Below are positions 1 through 9,979 of a DNA stretch of 64,000 nt, one piece after another. The notes under the pieces are model-generated. The model was not told the DNA's origin. It did not search any database and was given only the letters and a program-made list of their open reading frames with translations. The DNA is from an uncultured bacterium (GTDB taxonomy: Bacteria; Hydrothermota; Tepidihabitantia; Tepidihabitantales; DTDR01), in NCBI GenBank assembly GCA_938040315.1, contig CALHQW010000025.1:7929-71928 (forward strand), given 5' to 3'. The position numbers were made by a program, and so were the translations under genes. Numbering within the stretch: position 1 is the first letter of the stretch; the number at the start of each line of letters is the position of its first letter.

Positions 1-370
1 AGTTGATATCCTCCATTGGTAAAACCTGACTATAACCTCCACCAGTAGCACCACCTTTTATGCCAAAGACCGGTCCTAAAGAAGGCTCGCGTAATGCCAC
101 AATTGATTTTTTACCAATTCGCCAGAAAGCCATTGAAAGACCAATAGCAGTTGTGGTCTTTCCTTCGCCATAAGGAGTAGGATTAATAGCAGTAATCAAG
201 ATTAATTTACCATTAGGGTTATTTTTTATTTTTTCATAAAATTTTAAAGAGATTTTTGCTTTAAAATTACCCGAAGGTAAAAGAAATTCTTGGGGAATAT
301 TTATTTTTTCGGCAATTTCATAAATAGAATATAAAGGTGTTTTACGAGCAATTTCTAAATCAGAAAGCAT
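1..370 (-). CDS. fhs: formate--tetrahydrofolate ligase, N-terminal part (runs off window)
   Basis: Manual translation of minus strand from ATG at 370: MLSDLEIA...[15 protein letters not shown]...[32 protein letters not shown], the Fhs signature. Not in ORF track. Confidence 0.95.
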   Translation of the reverse strand, partial: MLSDLEIARKTPLYSIYEIAEKINIPQEFLLPSGNFKAKISLKFYEKIKNNPNGKLILITAINPTPYGEGKTTTAIGLSMAFWRIGKKSIVALREPSLGPVFGIKGGATGGGYSQVLPMEDIN

Positions 371-378
371 TTAATAAT

Positions 379-412
379 TATTTCTATTCTTCTTCTATTT
401 CTATTCTTCTTC
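379..412. repeat. 17-bp tandem duplication (TATTTCTATTCTTCTTC x2) covering the ferredoxin stop
   Basis: Read directly: 379-395 and 396-412 are identical. Confidence 0.85.
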
Positions 413-592
413 AATAATAATTGCGCTAACTGGACAATCTTCAGCAGCCTGTCTTACACAATCCTCGGCTGCTTCGGGAACCACCTCCACTTTTACGCCA
501 GCAGTATCACCCTGCATTTCAAAAACATCTGGACAGGTATTACAACAAAGTTCACAACCGGTACAAAGTTCTTTATCGATTTTTGCTTTCAT
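401..592 (-). CDS. single-cluster ferredoxin
   Basis: CTGCELC...CPDVF...CPVSAI pattern; GGAGG SD upstream of ATG at 592. Confidence 0.92.
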   Translation of the reverse strand: MKAKIDKELCTGCELCCNTCPDVFEMQGDTAGVKVEVVPEAAEDCVRQAAEDCPVSAIIIEEE

Positions 593-616
593 CAATTCCT
601 CCCTTTTTAAAAATAA

Positions 617-658
617 ATTATATAATAAACTTGAAAAAAATCAACAATTTTTTAAAAT
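617..658. promoter_or_regulatory. overlapping divergent sigma-70 promoters (ferredoxin-fhs and HAD operon)
   Basis: Plus: TTGAAA(631)-N16-TAAAAT(653). Minus: TTGATT(644)-N16-TATAAT(622). Confidence 0.55.
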
Positions 659-663
659 TAGTT

Positions 664-1473
664 ATGAAGAAAAAAATTGAAAAAAGAAAGATTAAAAAGA
701 AATTTTTATTTGCTACCGATTTTGACCAAACCCTTTCTTTTGATGATACCGGAGTTTTAATCTCTTTAGAATTAGGAATTCCGCCAGAAAAATTTTTAAA
801 CAAAGTAAAAGAAATAAGAAATAGAAATATTACCCAATTAGGTGGTGAACTTGCTTATCTTTTATCTTATGATCCGGAATATAAAAATCGGGTGACAAAG
901 GATTTTTTATTAAAAATTGGCGAAAAGGTGAGACTAAAAGCCGATGTTGATATTCTTTTTAAAACTCTCGAAGAAGGGATTGAGGATTGTGAATTTGTTT
1001 GTTATGTTATTTCTGCTTGTCCTGATTTGATTATTAAAAAATCAATGAATAAAATTTTAAAAGAAGAGAATATTTTCGGCACCGAATTTAAATATGATGA
1101 AAACGGCAGAATAGTTGAGATTTTAAAAACTGCTGCTGGTCATGGCAAGGCAGCAATTATTGATTATCTTGTTGAGAAGGAGCATATACCAAAAGAGAAT
1201 ATAATTTATATTGGCGATGGTTCTTCGGATATTCACGTGATGCTTCATGTAAATGTCTATGGTGGTTTTACAATTGCTGTCTCGCCGTCTCCCTATTTGG
1301 GGCATATATCAAAAAGGACTGTTTTGTCTGAAAATGCCTTATCCGTTCTCTGTCCGATCTTAGAAGATTTATTTGGTTATAGGGAAGAGGAGATAAAAGA
1401 TTTTTATGCTAAATTGGGTCATCCGATTTATGAATGGAATCGGGCAAAATTGGAATGGCTTACTATCGCCTAA
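664..1473 (+). CDS. HAD-superfamily hydrolase
   Basis: DFDQT motif I and GDGSSD motif IV. Start moved to ATG 664 to avoid overlap with ferredoxin. Confidence 0.85.
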   Translation: MKKKIEKRKIKKKFLFATDFDQTLSFDDTGVLISLELGIPPEKFLNKVKEIRNRNITQLGGELAYLLSYDPEYKNRVTKDFLLKIGEKVRLKADVDILFKTLEEGIEDCEFVCYVISACPDLIIKKSMNKILKEENIFGTEFKYDENGRIVEILKTAAGHGKAAIIDYLVEKEHIPKENIIYIGDGSSDIHVMLHVNVYGGFTIAVSPSPYLGHISKRTVLSENALSVLCPILEDLFGYREEEIKDFYAKLGHPIYEWNRAKLEWLTIA

Positions 1474-2360
1474 TTCTTTTCTTTTTATTCTTTCTTTTTT
1501 GTGAAAAAGAGATTCCAATAGAAAAAAGCGATATTGCCTTTGGTAGTTATTTTAAGATAAAAATTTTTACTAAAAATAAAGAAGAGAGTAAAAAATACCT
1601 TGATTCAATATTTATTTTGATTAAATATTATGATTCGCTTTTTTCTTATTTTAATAAGAATAGTGCGCTTACTTTTATTAATAGAAATAAAAAAGGCGAA
1701 CTCTCCCCAAATTTAAAAGAGATTGTTTTAATATCAGAAGAAATAAAGAATAAAACTTTTGGTTATTTTGATATTAGTGTTGCTTCTTTAATGGAACTTT
1801 GGGGATTTTATGATAAAAATTATAGAAGACCAAAAGAAGTAGAAATAAAAGAGATAAAGAAATTTGTTGGTGATAATGCTTATTTAATAAGAGGAGATTC
1901 TATCTTTTTAAAAGAAAAGGCAAAGATTGATTTAGGAGGAATTGCAGTTGGTTATATTCTTGATAAACTTGTTTTGTTTTTAAAAAGGAAAAATATTAAA
2001 AAAGGGCTCATTGATGCCGGTGGCGATATCATTGTTTTTGGCGATTATAAGGCAAGGATTGGAATAAAAAATCCAGAAAAAGAAGGAGTGATTGAGACGG
2101 TTGAGATAAAAGAGGGTGCCTGTTCTACTTCCGGTGGTTATTATAATTATTTTAAAATCGGTGATACAATCTTTTTTCATATTATAAACCCAATAAGTGG
2201 TGAAGCAGAAAGAAGTTTAAATAAATTTCGGCAGGTAACAGTAATTGGTAAAAAGGCGGTTATTTGTGATGCGCTATCTACTGCTTTGTTAGTAATTCCT
2301 GATTCTTTAAGAAATAAAGTATTAGAAAATTTTAAAGATTATAAAGTAATTTTTTATTAA
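1455..2360 (+). CDS. apbE: FAD:protein FMN transferase (ApbE family lipoprotein)
   Basis: DLGGIAVG, DAGGDI, STSG, HIINP and DALSTA motifs; hydrophobic leader ending in Cys. Confidence 0.9.
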   Translation: MAYYRLILFFLFFLFCEKEIPIEKSDIAFGSYFKIKIFTKNKEESKKYLDSIFILIKYYDSLFSYFNKNSALTFINRNKKGELSPNLKEIVLISEEIKNKTFGYFDISVASLMELWGFYDKNYRRPKEVEIKEIKKFVGDNAYLIRGDSIFLKEKAKIDLGGIAVGYILDKLVLFLKRKNIKKGLIDAGGDIIVFGDYKARIGIKNPEKEGVIETVEIKEGACSTSGGYYNYFKIGDTIFFHIINPISGEAERSLNKFRQVTVIGKKAVICDALSTALLVIPDSLRNKVLENFKDYKVIFY

Positions 2361-3346
2361 TGGTTGAAGCCAGATATTATAAAAAATTAGAAGATAATAA
2401 GGTTCAATGTGAACTCTGTCCCAATTACTGTGTTATTAGTGATAATAAATATGGTCGTTGTTTAGGAAGAAAAAATATTGATGGAAAACTTTATGCCCTA
2501 AATTATGGAGAAGTTGTTTCTTATGCGATTGATCCGATGGAGAAAAAACCTTTATATCATTTTTATCCAGGAAAAGAGATATTTTCCGTTGCTACTTATG
2601 GTTGTAATTTACTCTGTCCCTTTTGTCAGAATTGGGAAATCTCCCAGAACCGAGTAAAAGGAATCTATTTATCACCCGAAGATTTGATAAAAATTGTTGA
2701 AAGGGAAAGATGCGAATTTATTGCTTATACCTATACTGAACCTCTTATCTGGTTTGAATATCTTTTGGATGTGATGAAATTAGCAAAAGAGAAAAATATC
2801 AAAAATGTTTTAGTCACCAATGGAATGATTAATGAAGAGCCTTTAAAAGAACTTTTGCCTTATATTTCGGCAATGAATATTGACCTAAAATCAATCAAAG
2901 AAGATTTTTATAAAAATTTTATCAAAGGCGATTTGAAGACGGTATTAAGGACAATTGAGATAAGCAAAGATTTTTGTCATATTGAGATAACCAATCTTTT
3001 AATACCAACAAAGAACGATACCGAAGAAGAGATAAAAGAACTGGTTTTATTTGTGAGCAATTTAAAGAAAAGTATTCCTTTACATTTTTCAAGATATTTT
3101 CCCCATTATAAATGCTCCTTTCCACCGACACCGGTAGAGACACTGATAAAAGCCTATAATATCGCCAAGGAGAAACTTTATTATGTTTATTTAGGAAATG
3201 TTTTTGGTCTAGAAATTGGTCAGGATACCTTTTGTCCGGACTGTGGAAATCTATTAATTGAAAGAAATTATTATCATATTAAAATTATTGGTTTAAAAGA
3301 TAAAAGATGTAATAAATGTGAAAGGAAGATTGAAATAGTTTTTTGA
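2360..3346 (+). CDS. amrS: AmmeMemoRadiSam system radical SAM enzyme
   Basis: CELCPNYC, DPMEKKPLYHF, CNLLCPFCQNWEISQ, YTYTEP, C-terminal Zn ribbon. Confidence 0.9.
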   Translation: MVEARYYKKLEDNKVQCELCPNYCVISDNKYGRCLGRKNIDGKLYALNYGEVVSYAIDPMEKKPLYHFYPGKEIFSVATYGCNLLCPFCQNWEISQNRVKGIYLSPEDLIKIVERERCEFIAYTYTEPLIWFEYLLDVMKLAKEKNIKNVLVTNGMINEEPLKELLPYISAMNIDLKSIKEDFYKNFIKGDLKTVLRTIEISKDFCHIEITNLLIPTKNDTEEEIKELVLFVSNLKKSIPLHFSRYFPHYKCSFPPTPVETLIKAYNIAKEKLYYVYLGNVFGLEIGQDTFCPDCGNLLIERNYYHIKIIGLKDKRCNKCERKIEIVF

Positions 3347-3356
3347 AGGAGGTAAA

Positions 3357-3617
3357 ATGGGAAAGAAAACAATTCCTTTTGTGATTATTATCATTTTAAT
3401 TGGTGGTGTCTTAGGCAGTGCCTTTTCTTTATATCTTTCTGGTTTATTTCCCGAAGGGCAAGTAAAAAAATTTTTCTTTGAGGCAATAAAATTTGGTATT
3501 CCTCAGTTTACTTTAAATCTTGGTTTTTTAGAAATTACTTTTGGTTTCTCTTTGGCCATTACCGCCTTTACCGCCCTTTTTATTATCTTTCTCACTTATT
3601 TGATAATGAAATTATAA
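3357..3617 (+). CDS. small membrane protein (DUF4321-like)
   Basis: Two hydrophobic segments with LNLGFLEITFGF; strong GGAGG SD. Confidence 0.7.
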   Translation: MGKKTIPFVIIIILIGGVLGSAFSLYLSGLFPEGQVKKFFFEAIKFGIPQFTLNLGFLEITFGFSLAITAFTALFIIFLTYLIMKL

Positions 3618-3620
3618 AAA

Positions 3621-3648
3621 TTGACTTTTTCAACTTAATTAATATAAT
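3621..3648 (+). promoter_or_regulatory. sigma-70 promoter of valS
   Basis: TTGACT-N16-TATAAT, 8 nt before ATG, no SD. Confidence 0.7.
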
Positions 3649-3656
3649 AGTTTTTT

Positions 3657-6260
3657 ATGGAGATAAAAAAGATTTACGAACCCAAGGAGATAGAAAAAAA
3701 ATGGTATTCCTTTTGGGAAGAAAAGGAGTATTATAAAGCAAATCCTGATTCAGAAAAACTAAAATTTTCAATTGTTATTCCGCCACCTAATATTACTGGT
3801 CCCCTTCATATCGGTCATGCTTTGAATAATACTATTCAGGATATTTTGTCAAGGTATAAAAGAATGGCTGGCTATGAAGTTCTTTGGTTACCAGGTATTG
3901 ATCATGCTAGTATTGCGACTCATAATCAAATTGAAAAGGAATTAAAAAAAGAGGGAAAAACAAGGTTTGATATTGGCAAAGAAGAGTTTTTAAAAAGGGC
4001 TTGGGCTTGGAAAGAGAAGCACCATCATTTGATTGTTTCCCAATTAAAAGGGCTTGGTTGTCTTTGTGATTGGTCAAGGTTTCGTTTCACTATGGATGAG
4101 GAGTATTCTTATACGGTAAAATATGCCTTTGTTTATTATTATAAAAAGGGTCTGATTTATCGGGATAATAGAATTATTAATTGGTGTCCCAGATGTCGGA
4201 CAGCCCTTTCGGATTTAGAAGTAAAGCATAAAGAGATAGATGGTTATTTGTATTATATAAAATATCCTTTAAAGGATAGTAGTAATTATATCGTTGTGGC
4301 GACTACTAGACCGGAGACGATGCTTGGTGATACCGCCGTAGCAGTAAATCCTTTTGATGAACGATATAAAGATTATATTTCAAAAACCTTGCTCTTACCA
4401 TTACAAGAAAGGGAAATAAAAATTATCGCTGATGAAATGGTAGATATTCAATTTGGTACTGGTGCAGTAAAAGTTACTCCTTCCCATGATCCAAATGATT
4501 TTATCATTGCTAAGAAACATAATTTAGAATTTGTGAAAGTGATTGATGAAGATGGTAAGATAATTCCGCCGGCAAAGGAAAAGTATTGTGGATTGGATAG
4601 ATTTGATGCGCGAGAGTTGATTGTTAAAGATTTAAAAGAAAAGGGATTTTTAGAGAAGATTGAGAATTATAAAGTACCGGTTGGTTTGTGTGCCCGTTGT
4701 GAGACAATTATTGAGCCCTTAATTTCTAAACAATGGTTTTTAAAGATGGATGAATTAGCAAAAAAGGCAATTGAGGTAGTGGAGAAGGGAGAAATAAAAT
4801 TTGTCCCTAAAAGATGGGAGAAGGTGTATTTAGATTGGTTATATAATATTAAAGATTGGTGTCTATCAAGACAATTATGGTGGGGTCATCAGATACCAGT
4901 ATATTATTGTTTAGATTGCGAAGAAATTATGGTAGCGATGGAAAAACCAGAAAAATGTAGCAAGTGTGATAGTAAAAATATCAAAGAGGAGGAGGATGTT
5001 TTGGATACTTGGTTTTCTTCGGCTCTCTGGCCCTTTGCGACAATGGGTTATCCAAAAGAGACAAAAGAGTTAGAAGTTTTTTATCCAACCGATGTTTTGG
5101 TTACGGACCCGGAGATTATCTTTTTATGGGTAGCAAGGATGGTTTTTTCCAGTTTAGAGTTTCTTAATAAGATTCCTTTTAGATATGTCTATATCCATTC
5201 AACCGTTTTAAATGAGCGTGGCGAAAGAATGTCAAGGACAAAAGGGATTGGTATTGATCCGCAGGAGATTGTGGAAGAATATGGTGCCGATGCTTTAAGA
5301 TTTACTTTAACTTATTTAGAAAGTCAGTCCCAATCTTTCCGGTTAAGTAAGGATAGATTTATCATTGGTAGAAATTTTGCTAATAAGATTTGGAATGCGG
5401 GAAGGTTGCTTTTTTCTTATTATTTGGAAAAAGAGAGTTTTGTGGAAGAAGGGAAAGAGAAGATTTATGATTATTGGATTAAAGAACTTTTTAACGAACT
5501 TTTGAGGAAATATGATTATTATTTAAAAAATTATTATTTTTCTCTTTTGGCACAAAGTCTTTACAGTTTCTTTTGGAATAATTATTGTGATTGGTATTTA
5601 GAATTAAACAAAGAGAGATTTAGAAAGAGAGAAAGAAAGGCATTAAATATAAGTTTAGAGATTTTCTATAACTTCTTAAAACTTTTGCATCCCATTATGC
5701 CTTTTATCACGGAAGAGATTTGGCATCTTTTTAAAAAAGAAGAAAAATCGATAATGGAAGAAAAAATCCCTGGGCCTTTTCTTACTCCCGAAGAAAAAAT
5801 TAAAGAGATTTTCTTTTGCGAGGAATTAATTAATTTAATAAAAAGTATTAGAAATATTAGAGCAAATTTTACAATTCCTAAAAATATTGAGTTAAAAGGA
5901 TATCTTAAAACGAATAATCAAAGACTTTTTAATTTCCTAGAAGAAGAAAAGGAGATAATTAAGAAAATGGTAAATGTTATAATTTTGCCATGGGAAGAGA
6001 AATTGGAAAAAGGATTTTCTAAGATTATTTTAAAGGAAGGTGATTTTTATTTAGAGGTTGGCAATTTCTTTAATTTGGAAAAAGAGAGGAAAAGATACGA
6101 GAGAGAGATTAAGGAGTTAGAGAAGATTTATGAAGAGATTAAAGCGAATCTTAATAATGAAGATTTTCTGACAAAGGCAAGAAAGGAGATCATTGAGAGT
6201 GAACTTTCTAAGAAAAAAGAAATTGAAGAGCGATTAAAAAGATTAAAGGAGATGCTATGA
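3657..6260 (+). CDS. valS: valine--tRNA ligase
   Basis: PPPNITG.LHIGH, VATTRPETMLGD, DWCLSRQLWWGH, DTWFSS, C-terminal coiled coil. KMSKS is present as RMSRT. Confidence 0.97.
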   Translation: MEIKKIYEPKEIEKKWYSFWEEKEYYKANPDSEKLKFSIVIPPPNITGPLHIGHALNNTIQDILSRYKRMAGYEVLWLPGIDHASIATHNQIEKELKKEGKTRFDIGKEEFLKRAWAWKEKHHHLIVSQLKGLGCLCDWSRFRFTMDEEYSYTVKYAFVYYYKKGLIYRDNRIINWCPRCRTALSDLEVKHKEIDGYLYYIKYPLKDSSNYIVVATTRPETMLGDTAVAVNPFDERYKDYISKTLLLPLQEREIKIIADEMVDIQFGTGAVKVTPSHDPNDFIIAKKHNLEFVKVIDEDGKIIPPAKEKYCGLDRFDARELIVKDLKEKGFLEKIENYKVPVGLCARCETIIEPLISKQWFLKMDELAKKAIEVVEKGEIKFVPKRWEKVYLDWLYNIKDWCLSRQLWWGHQIPVYYCLDCEEIMVAMEKPEKCSKCDSKNIKEEEDVLDTWFSSALWPFATMGYPKETKELEVFYPTDVLVTDPEIIFLWVARMVFSSLEFLNKIPFRYVYIHSTVLNERGERMSRTKGIGIDPQEIVEEYGADALRFTLTYLESQSQSFRLSKDRFIIGRNFANKIWNAGRLLFSYYLEKESFVEEGKEKIYDYWIKELFNELLRKYDYYLKNYYFSLLAQSLYSFFWNNYCDWYLELNKERFRKRERKALNISLEIFYNFLKLLHPIMPFITEEIWHLFKKEEKSIMEEKIPGPFLTPEEKIKEIFFCEELINLIKSIRNIRANFTIPKNIELKGYLKTNNQRLFNFLEEEKEIIKKMVNVIILPWEEKLEKGFSKIILKEGDFYLEVGNFFNLEKERKRYEREIKELEKIYEEIKANLNNEDFLTKARKEIIESELSKKKEIEERLKRLKEML

Positions 6261-6772
6261 AGTATTTTTATCTTGCTTTATTTTTGATTACCTTAGGTAT
6301 TTTTCTAATTTTTTATAATTTTAAATACCTTCCCTTAGAAGAAAGAATTATGAAAATTAGTGATGAAAATCTATTGTGGCAAAAGGAAATTCAAGATTTA
6401 AAAGAAAAATTAAGTGAATATGAAGGTGGTAAAGATAGATTAATTTATTCTTTTGAGTTTAAGGAACTTTTTTTAACGGAGACTTCTGATAGTCTTAGTC
6501 CGGTGGGAGAAGCAAAATTGAAGGCAATAATTCCCAGTTTAAAAGAGAGTAATAAGAAAGTGGCAATTATCTTTTATGGTGAAGATATTGAACTTCCTAT
6601 CCAGATTAAAAAGAGATATTTAACCGCTTATCATTATGGTTTTCAAAAGGCATTGGCGGTTTTTAATTATTTAATAAATATGGGTTTTTTAAAAGATAAA
6701 CTTTTGATAATTAATGATTGTGAAAAGAAAAATAAGAAAAATATCTTGGAGTTACAAACTATTAATTATTAG
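6257..6772 (+). CDS. membrane-anchored protein with degenerate OmpA/MotB-like domain
   Basis: N-terminal TM, coiled coil, LF...SDSLSPVGEAKL and KALAVFNYLINMG resemble OmpA_C. Confidence 0.5.
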   Translation: MKYFYLALFLITLGIFLIFYNFKYLPLEERIMKISDENLLWQKEIQDLKEKLSEYEGGKDRLIYSFEFKELFLTETSDSLSPVGEAKLKAIIPSLKESNKKVAIIFYGEDIELPIQIKKRYLTAYHYGFQKALAVFNYLINMGFLKDKLLIINDCEKKNKKNILELQTINY

Positions 6773-7094
6773 TTTTCTTTTTACCTTTTTATTAGGAAAA
6801 GAAAATTATAAATCACCTAATAAGGCATTATTTTACTCTTTGCTCTTTCCTGGTGCAGGACAGTTTTATACTAAAAATTATTTAAAAGGTTCTTTATTTC
6901 TTATTGCCGAAGGTACTCTTTGTTATTTTCTTTATAAGGCAAATAAAAATAATGAGAAAGAAAAATTTTCTGATTTATTATGGATACTGGTCGGTGTTCA
7001 TGTTTATAATATGGCTGATGCCTATATCTCTGCCCATTTTTATCGTTTTAAAGAAGAGACAAGATTAACTTTAAACATAAATTATGCTTACTAA
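6714..7094 (+). CDS. DUF5683-like membrane protein
   Basis: KSPNKALFYSLLFPGAGQFY...DAYISAH; start uncertain. Confidence 0.7.
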   Translation: MIVKRKIRKISWSYKLLIISFLFTFLLGKENYKSPNKALFYSLLFPGAGQFYTKNYLKGSLFLIAEGTLCYFLYKANKNNEKEKFSDLLWILVGVHVYNMADAYISAHFYRFKEETRLTLNINYAY

Positions 7095-7623
7095 AAGTGC
7101 GATACTTATTAAAGAAGAGATAAAAGAGATAATTCTTATTTTATTATTTTCTTTCTTTACTGCTGTTTCCTCTAAGATAAAAGTTGAAATTGGTGTTGTG
7201 CCGATAACTTTTCAAACCTTTGCTGTTTTTCTTTCTGGTATTATTTTAGGAAGTAAAAGAGGTGCTTTATCACAGGTAACTTATTTAATTCTTGGACTTT
7301 TGGGTTTTCCTTTCTTTTCCCGTGGCGGTGGAATACATTATCTTTTCTCACCTACTTTCGGCTATATTATCGGTTTTATCTTTGCTTCTTATATTAGTGG
7401 ATTTATAAAAGAATATAAATTGAACTTTTTTCTCTCTTTGTTAGTTTTAATTTTTGCTAATCTTACAATTTATATCTTTGGACTTTTATATCTTCTAAAT
7501 TTTATTCCTAAAGAAAAATTATTACCAATTGGCCTATATCCTTTTATTATTGGTGACCTATATAAAATTTTCTTAATTCTTCTATTTACCACCACCCTTC
7601 CGCAAGTCCAATTGATTAAGTAA
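7084..7623 (+). CDS. bioY: biotin transporter BioY
   Basis: VPITFQT, YLILGLLGFPFFSRG, PTFGYIIGF, PFIIGD. Confidence 0.9.
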   Translation: MLTKSAILIKEEIKEIILILLFSFFTAVSSKIKVEIGVVPITFQTFAVFLSGIILGSKRGALSQVTYLILGLLGFPFFSRGGGIHYLFSPTFGYIIGFIFASYISGFIKEYKLNFFLSLLVLIFANLTIYIFGLLYLLNFIPKEKLLPIGLYPFIIGDLYKIFLILLFTTTLPQVQLIK

Positions 7624-7852
7624 TATATTTTTTGTGCCAAAATAGATAAAAAATTAATTATTAAGTTTATAAATTTTATACACTTAAAAATTGAAATTTA
7701 AAGATTTTTATAAAAATATAGAAAGAAAAATTGAGACAAAAAACTATCTTTTTTATCTAAGTTTTTGTAATTAAAAGATTTTTTTGTAATGCGACAGATT
7801 TATTGAATTCGGTTTATTTTTTATTATTCTTATATTTTTAAAAGGAGGAATT

Positions 7853-8842
7853 ATGAAGAACCTTTTCTTTCTTTTACTTTTAATCAACATTACTTTAGCC
7901 TTTAATTTTCAACAGGATAAATATAAGATATCTTTAAATTCTTTATTTATTTTTAATTATGATTATGCCCAAAGAAAAAGGGATAACAAAATTTTTAGGT
8001 CAAACTCCTTTTACTTTTCAAAAATATATTTAGATATAATAAAGGAATATCAAGAATTTTTTCTTTTAAAATTTCTTTTAGATATTAGCGATTTAGAAGG
8101 CAAACCTTCTTATGAATTATGTGGCGAAATAAAACTAAAAAAAGAAATGAAAATTATTTTAGGAAAATTTAAACAGCCTTTAGGTTACGAAGTTTCTATG
8201 TTGCCAAAAGAGAGTTATCTTTTTGAGCCCTCTTTTATTTATTATTGGAAAGAGCCTTTTATTTATGACTTAGGTATTGGGCTCTTTTATCTTTTTAATA
8301 ATTTAGAAACAAATATTAATTTAGTAAACGGAAGTGGTAGAATATCTAATTGGGATAAGGACGAATGGAAAAATATTTCTGGAAGAATTTTATATAAACC
8401 AACTAAAGATTTATTTGTAGGTATTAATTTTTATTATTTGGGTAATAATTTCTATTATTGGAAAATCAGCAAGAAAATAGATGATTTATTATCTTCTTTT
8501 CAATTGGGTTGGGAGTTTGGTTATTTAAAACCTTCTAATCTATTTATTTTTGAATACTTTTTTGGTCAAGATAAAGATGTGGTATATAATAAATATCAAA
8601 AACAGGGTTTTTATTTTATTTTTGGTTATCAAATTGACAAACTTTTACCGGTTATTCGCATTGATTTTAAAAAAGAGAAAAGTGAAGTGAGAGAACTAAT
8701 AAAAGATGTTGGTTTTACTCTGGGATTAAATTACTATTTAAAAGAAAGAAATTTTAAAATTGCTCCTAATTTCTGTTTTTATCGTTATAGTAAAACTCAT
8801 TATTTAGTAAAGTTTGTCCTTCAATTTAAAGGATATATTTGA
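7853..8842 (+). CDS. outer-membrane beta-barrel (OprO/OprP-like porin)
   Basis: Signal peptide, GKFKQPLGYE, NGSG motif, aromatic amphipathic strands; AGGAGG SD. Confidence 0.65.
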   Translation: MKNLFFLLLLINITLAFNFQQDKYKISLNSLFIFNYDYAQRKRDNKIFRSNSFYFSKIYLDIIKEYQEFFLLKFLLDISDLEGKPSYELCGEIKLKKEMKIILGKFKQPLGYEVSMLPKESYLFEPSFIYYWKEPFIYDLGIGLFYLFNNLETNINLVNGSGRISNWDKDEWKNISGRILYKPTKDLFVGINFYYLGNNFYYWKISKKIDDLLSSFQLGWEFGYLKPSNLFIFEYFFGQDKDVVYNKYQKQGFYFIFGYQIDKLLPVIRIDFKKEKSEVRELIKDVGFTLGLNYYLKERNFKIAPNFCFYRYSKTHYLVKFVLQFKGYI

Positions 8843-8914
8843 TTTATTGACAAAATAAAAATTTTTGTTTAAATTTTTTTATTCCTGTTAATTAAAAACA
8901 GGAAGGGAGGAATT

Positions 8915-9343
8915 ATGAATGTATCTAAAATAAAAACGATTAGTGAGGCAGATGGAAAGGTATTTTTAGATATGACAATCAAATTAGAATATTCGCCAGC
9001 CGAAGCCTTAGTTATCCAAGAGGCATTAAGAAATCTTCCGGAAAATATCAAGAGTAATGAGACATTAGAAATTATCACTAATGAGCGAATGACCCAAATG
9101 CATTTTACTGTTGATACTAAAGAGATTTCGGAAACTACAATTAACCAATTAGTTAATTCTTGGTTGACGGAATTGAATATTTCTTTAGAGGAGAAAAAGC
9201 ATTTATTACCTTTGATGGATGAGATATTAAAACTTAAAAAAGAAATCAACGAAATAAGCAAACGGATTAAAAATTTAGAAGATGAAAATTTGTTGATTAA
9301 AGAGGCATTAATTAAGAAAAAAATTATTAAAGAAGAATTTTAA
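8915..9343 (+). CDS. hypothetical protein with C-terminal coiled coil
   Basis: GGAGG SD and TTGACA at 8847; no family recognised. Confidence 0.75.
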   Translation: MNVSKIKTISEADGKVFLDMTIKLEYSPAEALVIQEALRNLPENIKSNETLEIITNERMTQMHFTVDTKEISETTINQLVNSWLTELNISLEEKKHLLPLMDEILKLKKEINEISKRIKNLEDENLLIKEALIKKKIIKEEF

Positions 9344-9354
9344 TTTCCATCTAT

Positions 9355-9382
9355 TTGACTTATCTTTTAGAAATTATATAAT
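9355..9382 (+). promoter_or_regulatory. sigma-70 promoter of tolQ operon
   Basis: TTGACT-N16-TATAAT, 6 nt before GTG start. Confidence 0.65.
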
Positions 9383-9388
9383 AATTTA

Positions 9389-9979
9389 GTGATAAATCTT
9401 TTTTTAAATTTAGGTTTTTTTGCTAAAATTATTGTTTTTATTCTTATTCTTTTTTCCATTATTTCTTGGGGAATAATTTTTTCTAAATTGCGTCTTTTTA
9501 GAAGATTAAAAAAAGAGAACGAAGAGATAAGAAGAAAATTATATTATTTTAAAAATTTGGATGAGTTGAGGGGGTATTATAATTTTAAAGAAAAAAATTA
9601 TTTCTCTTTATTAATTTCGGCTTTGGAAGGAGGAAAAAGGGATTATCAAATAAAAGAAACTATAGATGATTTAGTTGATAAAGCCGGTAAGAATTTGCCC
9701 TTTTTAGCCACCGCTAGCAGTGTCTCACCCTTTTTAGGTTTATTAGGAACGGTTTGGGGAATTACCAAAGTTTTTTTTGATGTTAAGGATTTACCAATGA
9801 TAACATTACAAGCAATTGCTCCCGGCATGGCAGATGCTTTAATTACAACTATCGCCGGACTTTTAGTTGCTATTCCGGCGGTTGTTTCTTATAATTATTT
9901 TATAATAAAATTAGAAGAGTTTAGAAAAAATTTAGAGAAGATAACAGATTATTTAATGGAGATAAGAAATAAAAAATGA
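9389..9979 (+). CDS. MotA/TolQ/ExbB proton channel protein
   Basis: SPFLGLLGTVWGI, APGMADALITTIAGLLVAIPA. Confidence 0.92.
   Translation: MINLFLNLGFFAKIIVFILILFSIISWGIIFSKLRLFRRLKKENEEIRRKLYYFKNLDELRGYYNFKEKNYFSLLISALEGGKRDYQIKETIDDLVDKAGKNLPFLATASSVSPFLGLLGTVWGITKVFFDVKDLPMITLQAIAPGMADALITTIAGLLVAIPAVVSYNYFIIKLEEFRKNLEKITDYLMEIRNKK

Noticed and set aside
583-663. N-terminal extension of the HAD ORF in the ORF track
   Set aside because: Overlaps the ferredoxin start and the divergent promoters; ATG 664 fits better.
8869-9261. 130-aa antisense ORF, and the many similar short antisense/shadow ORFs in the track (e.g. 21584-21940, 29592-29951, 62009-62407)
   Set aside because: They lie opposite well-supported genes and have the Ser/Phe/Ile-rich composition expected of reverse frames.
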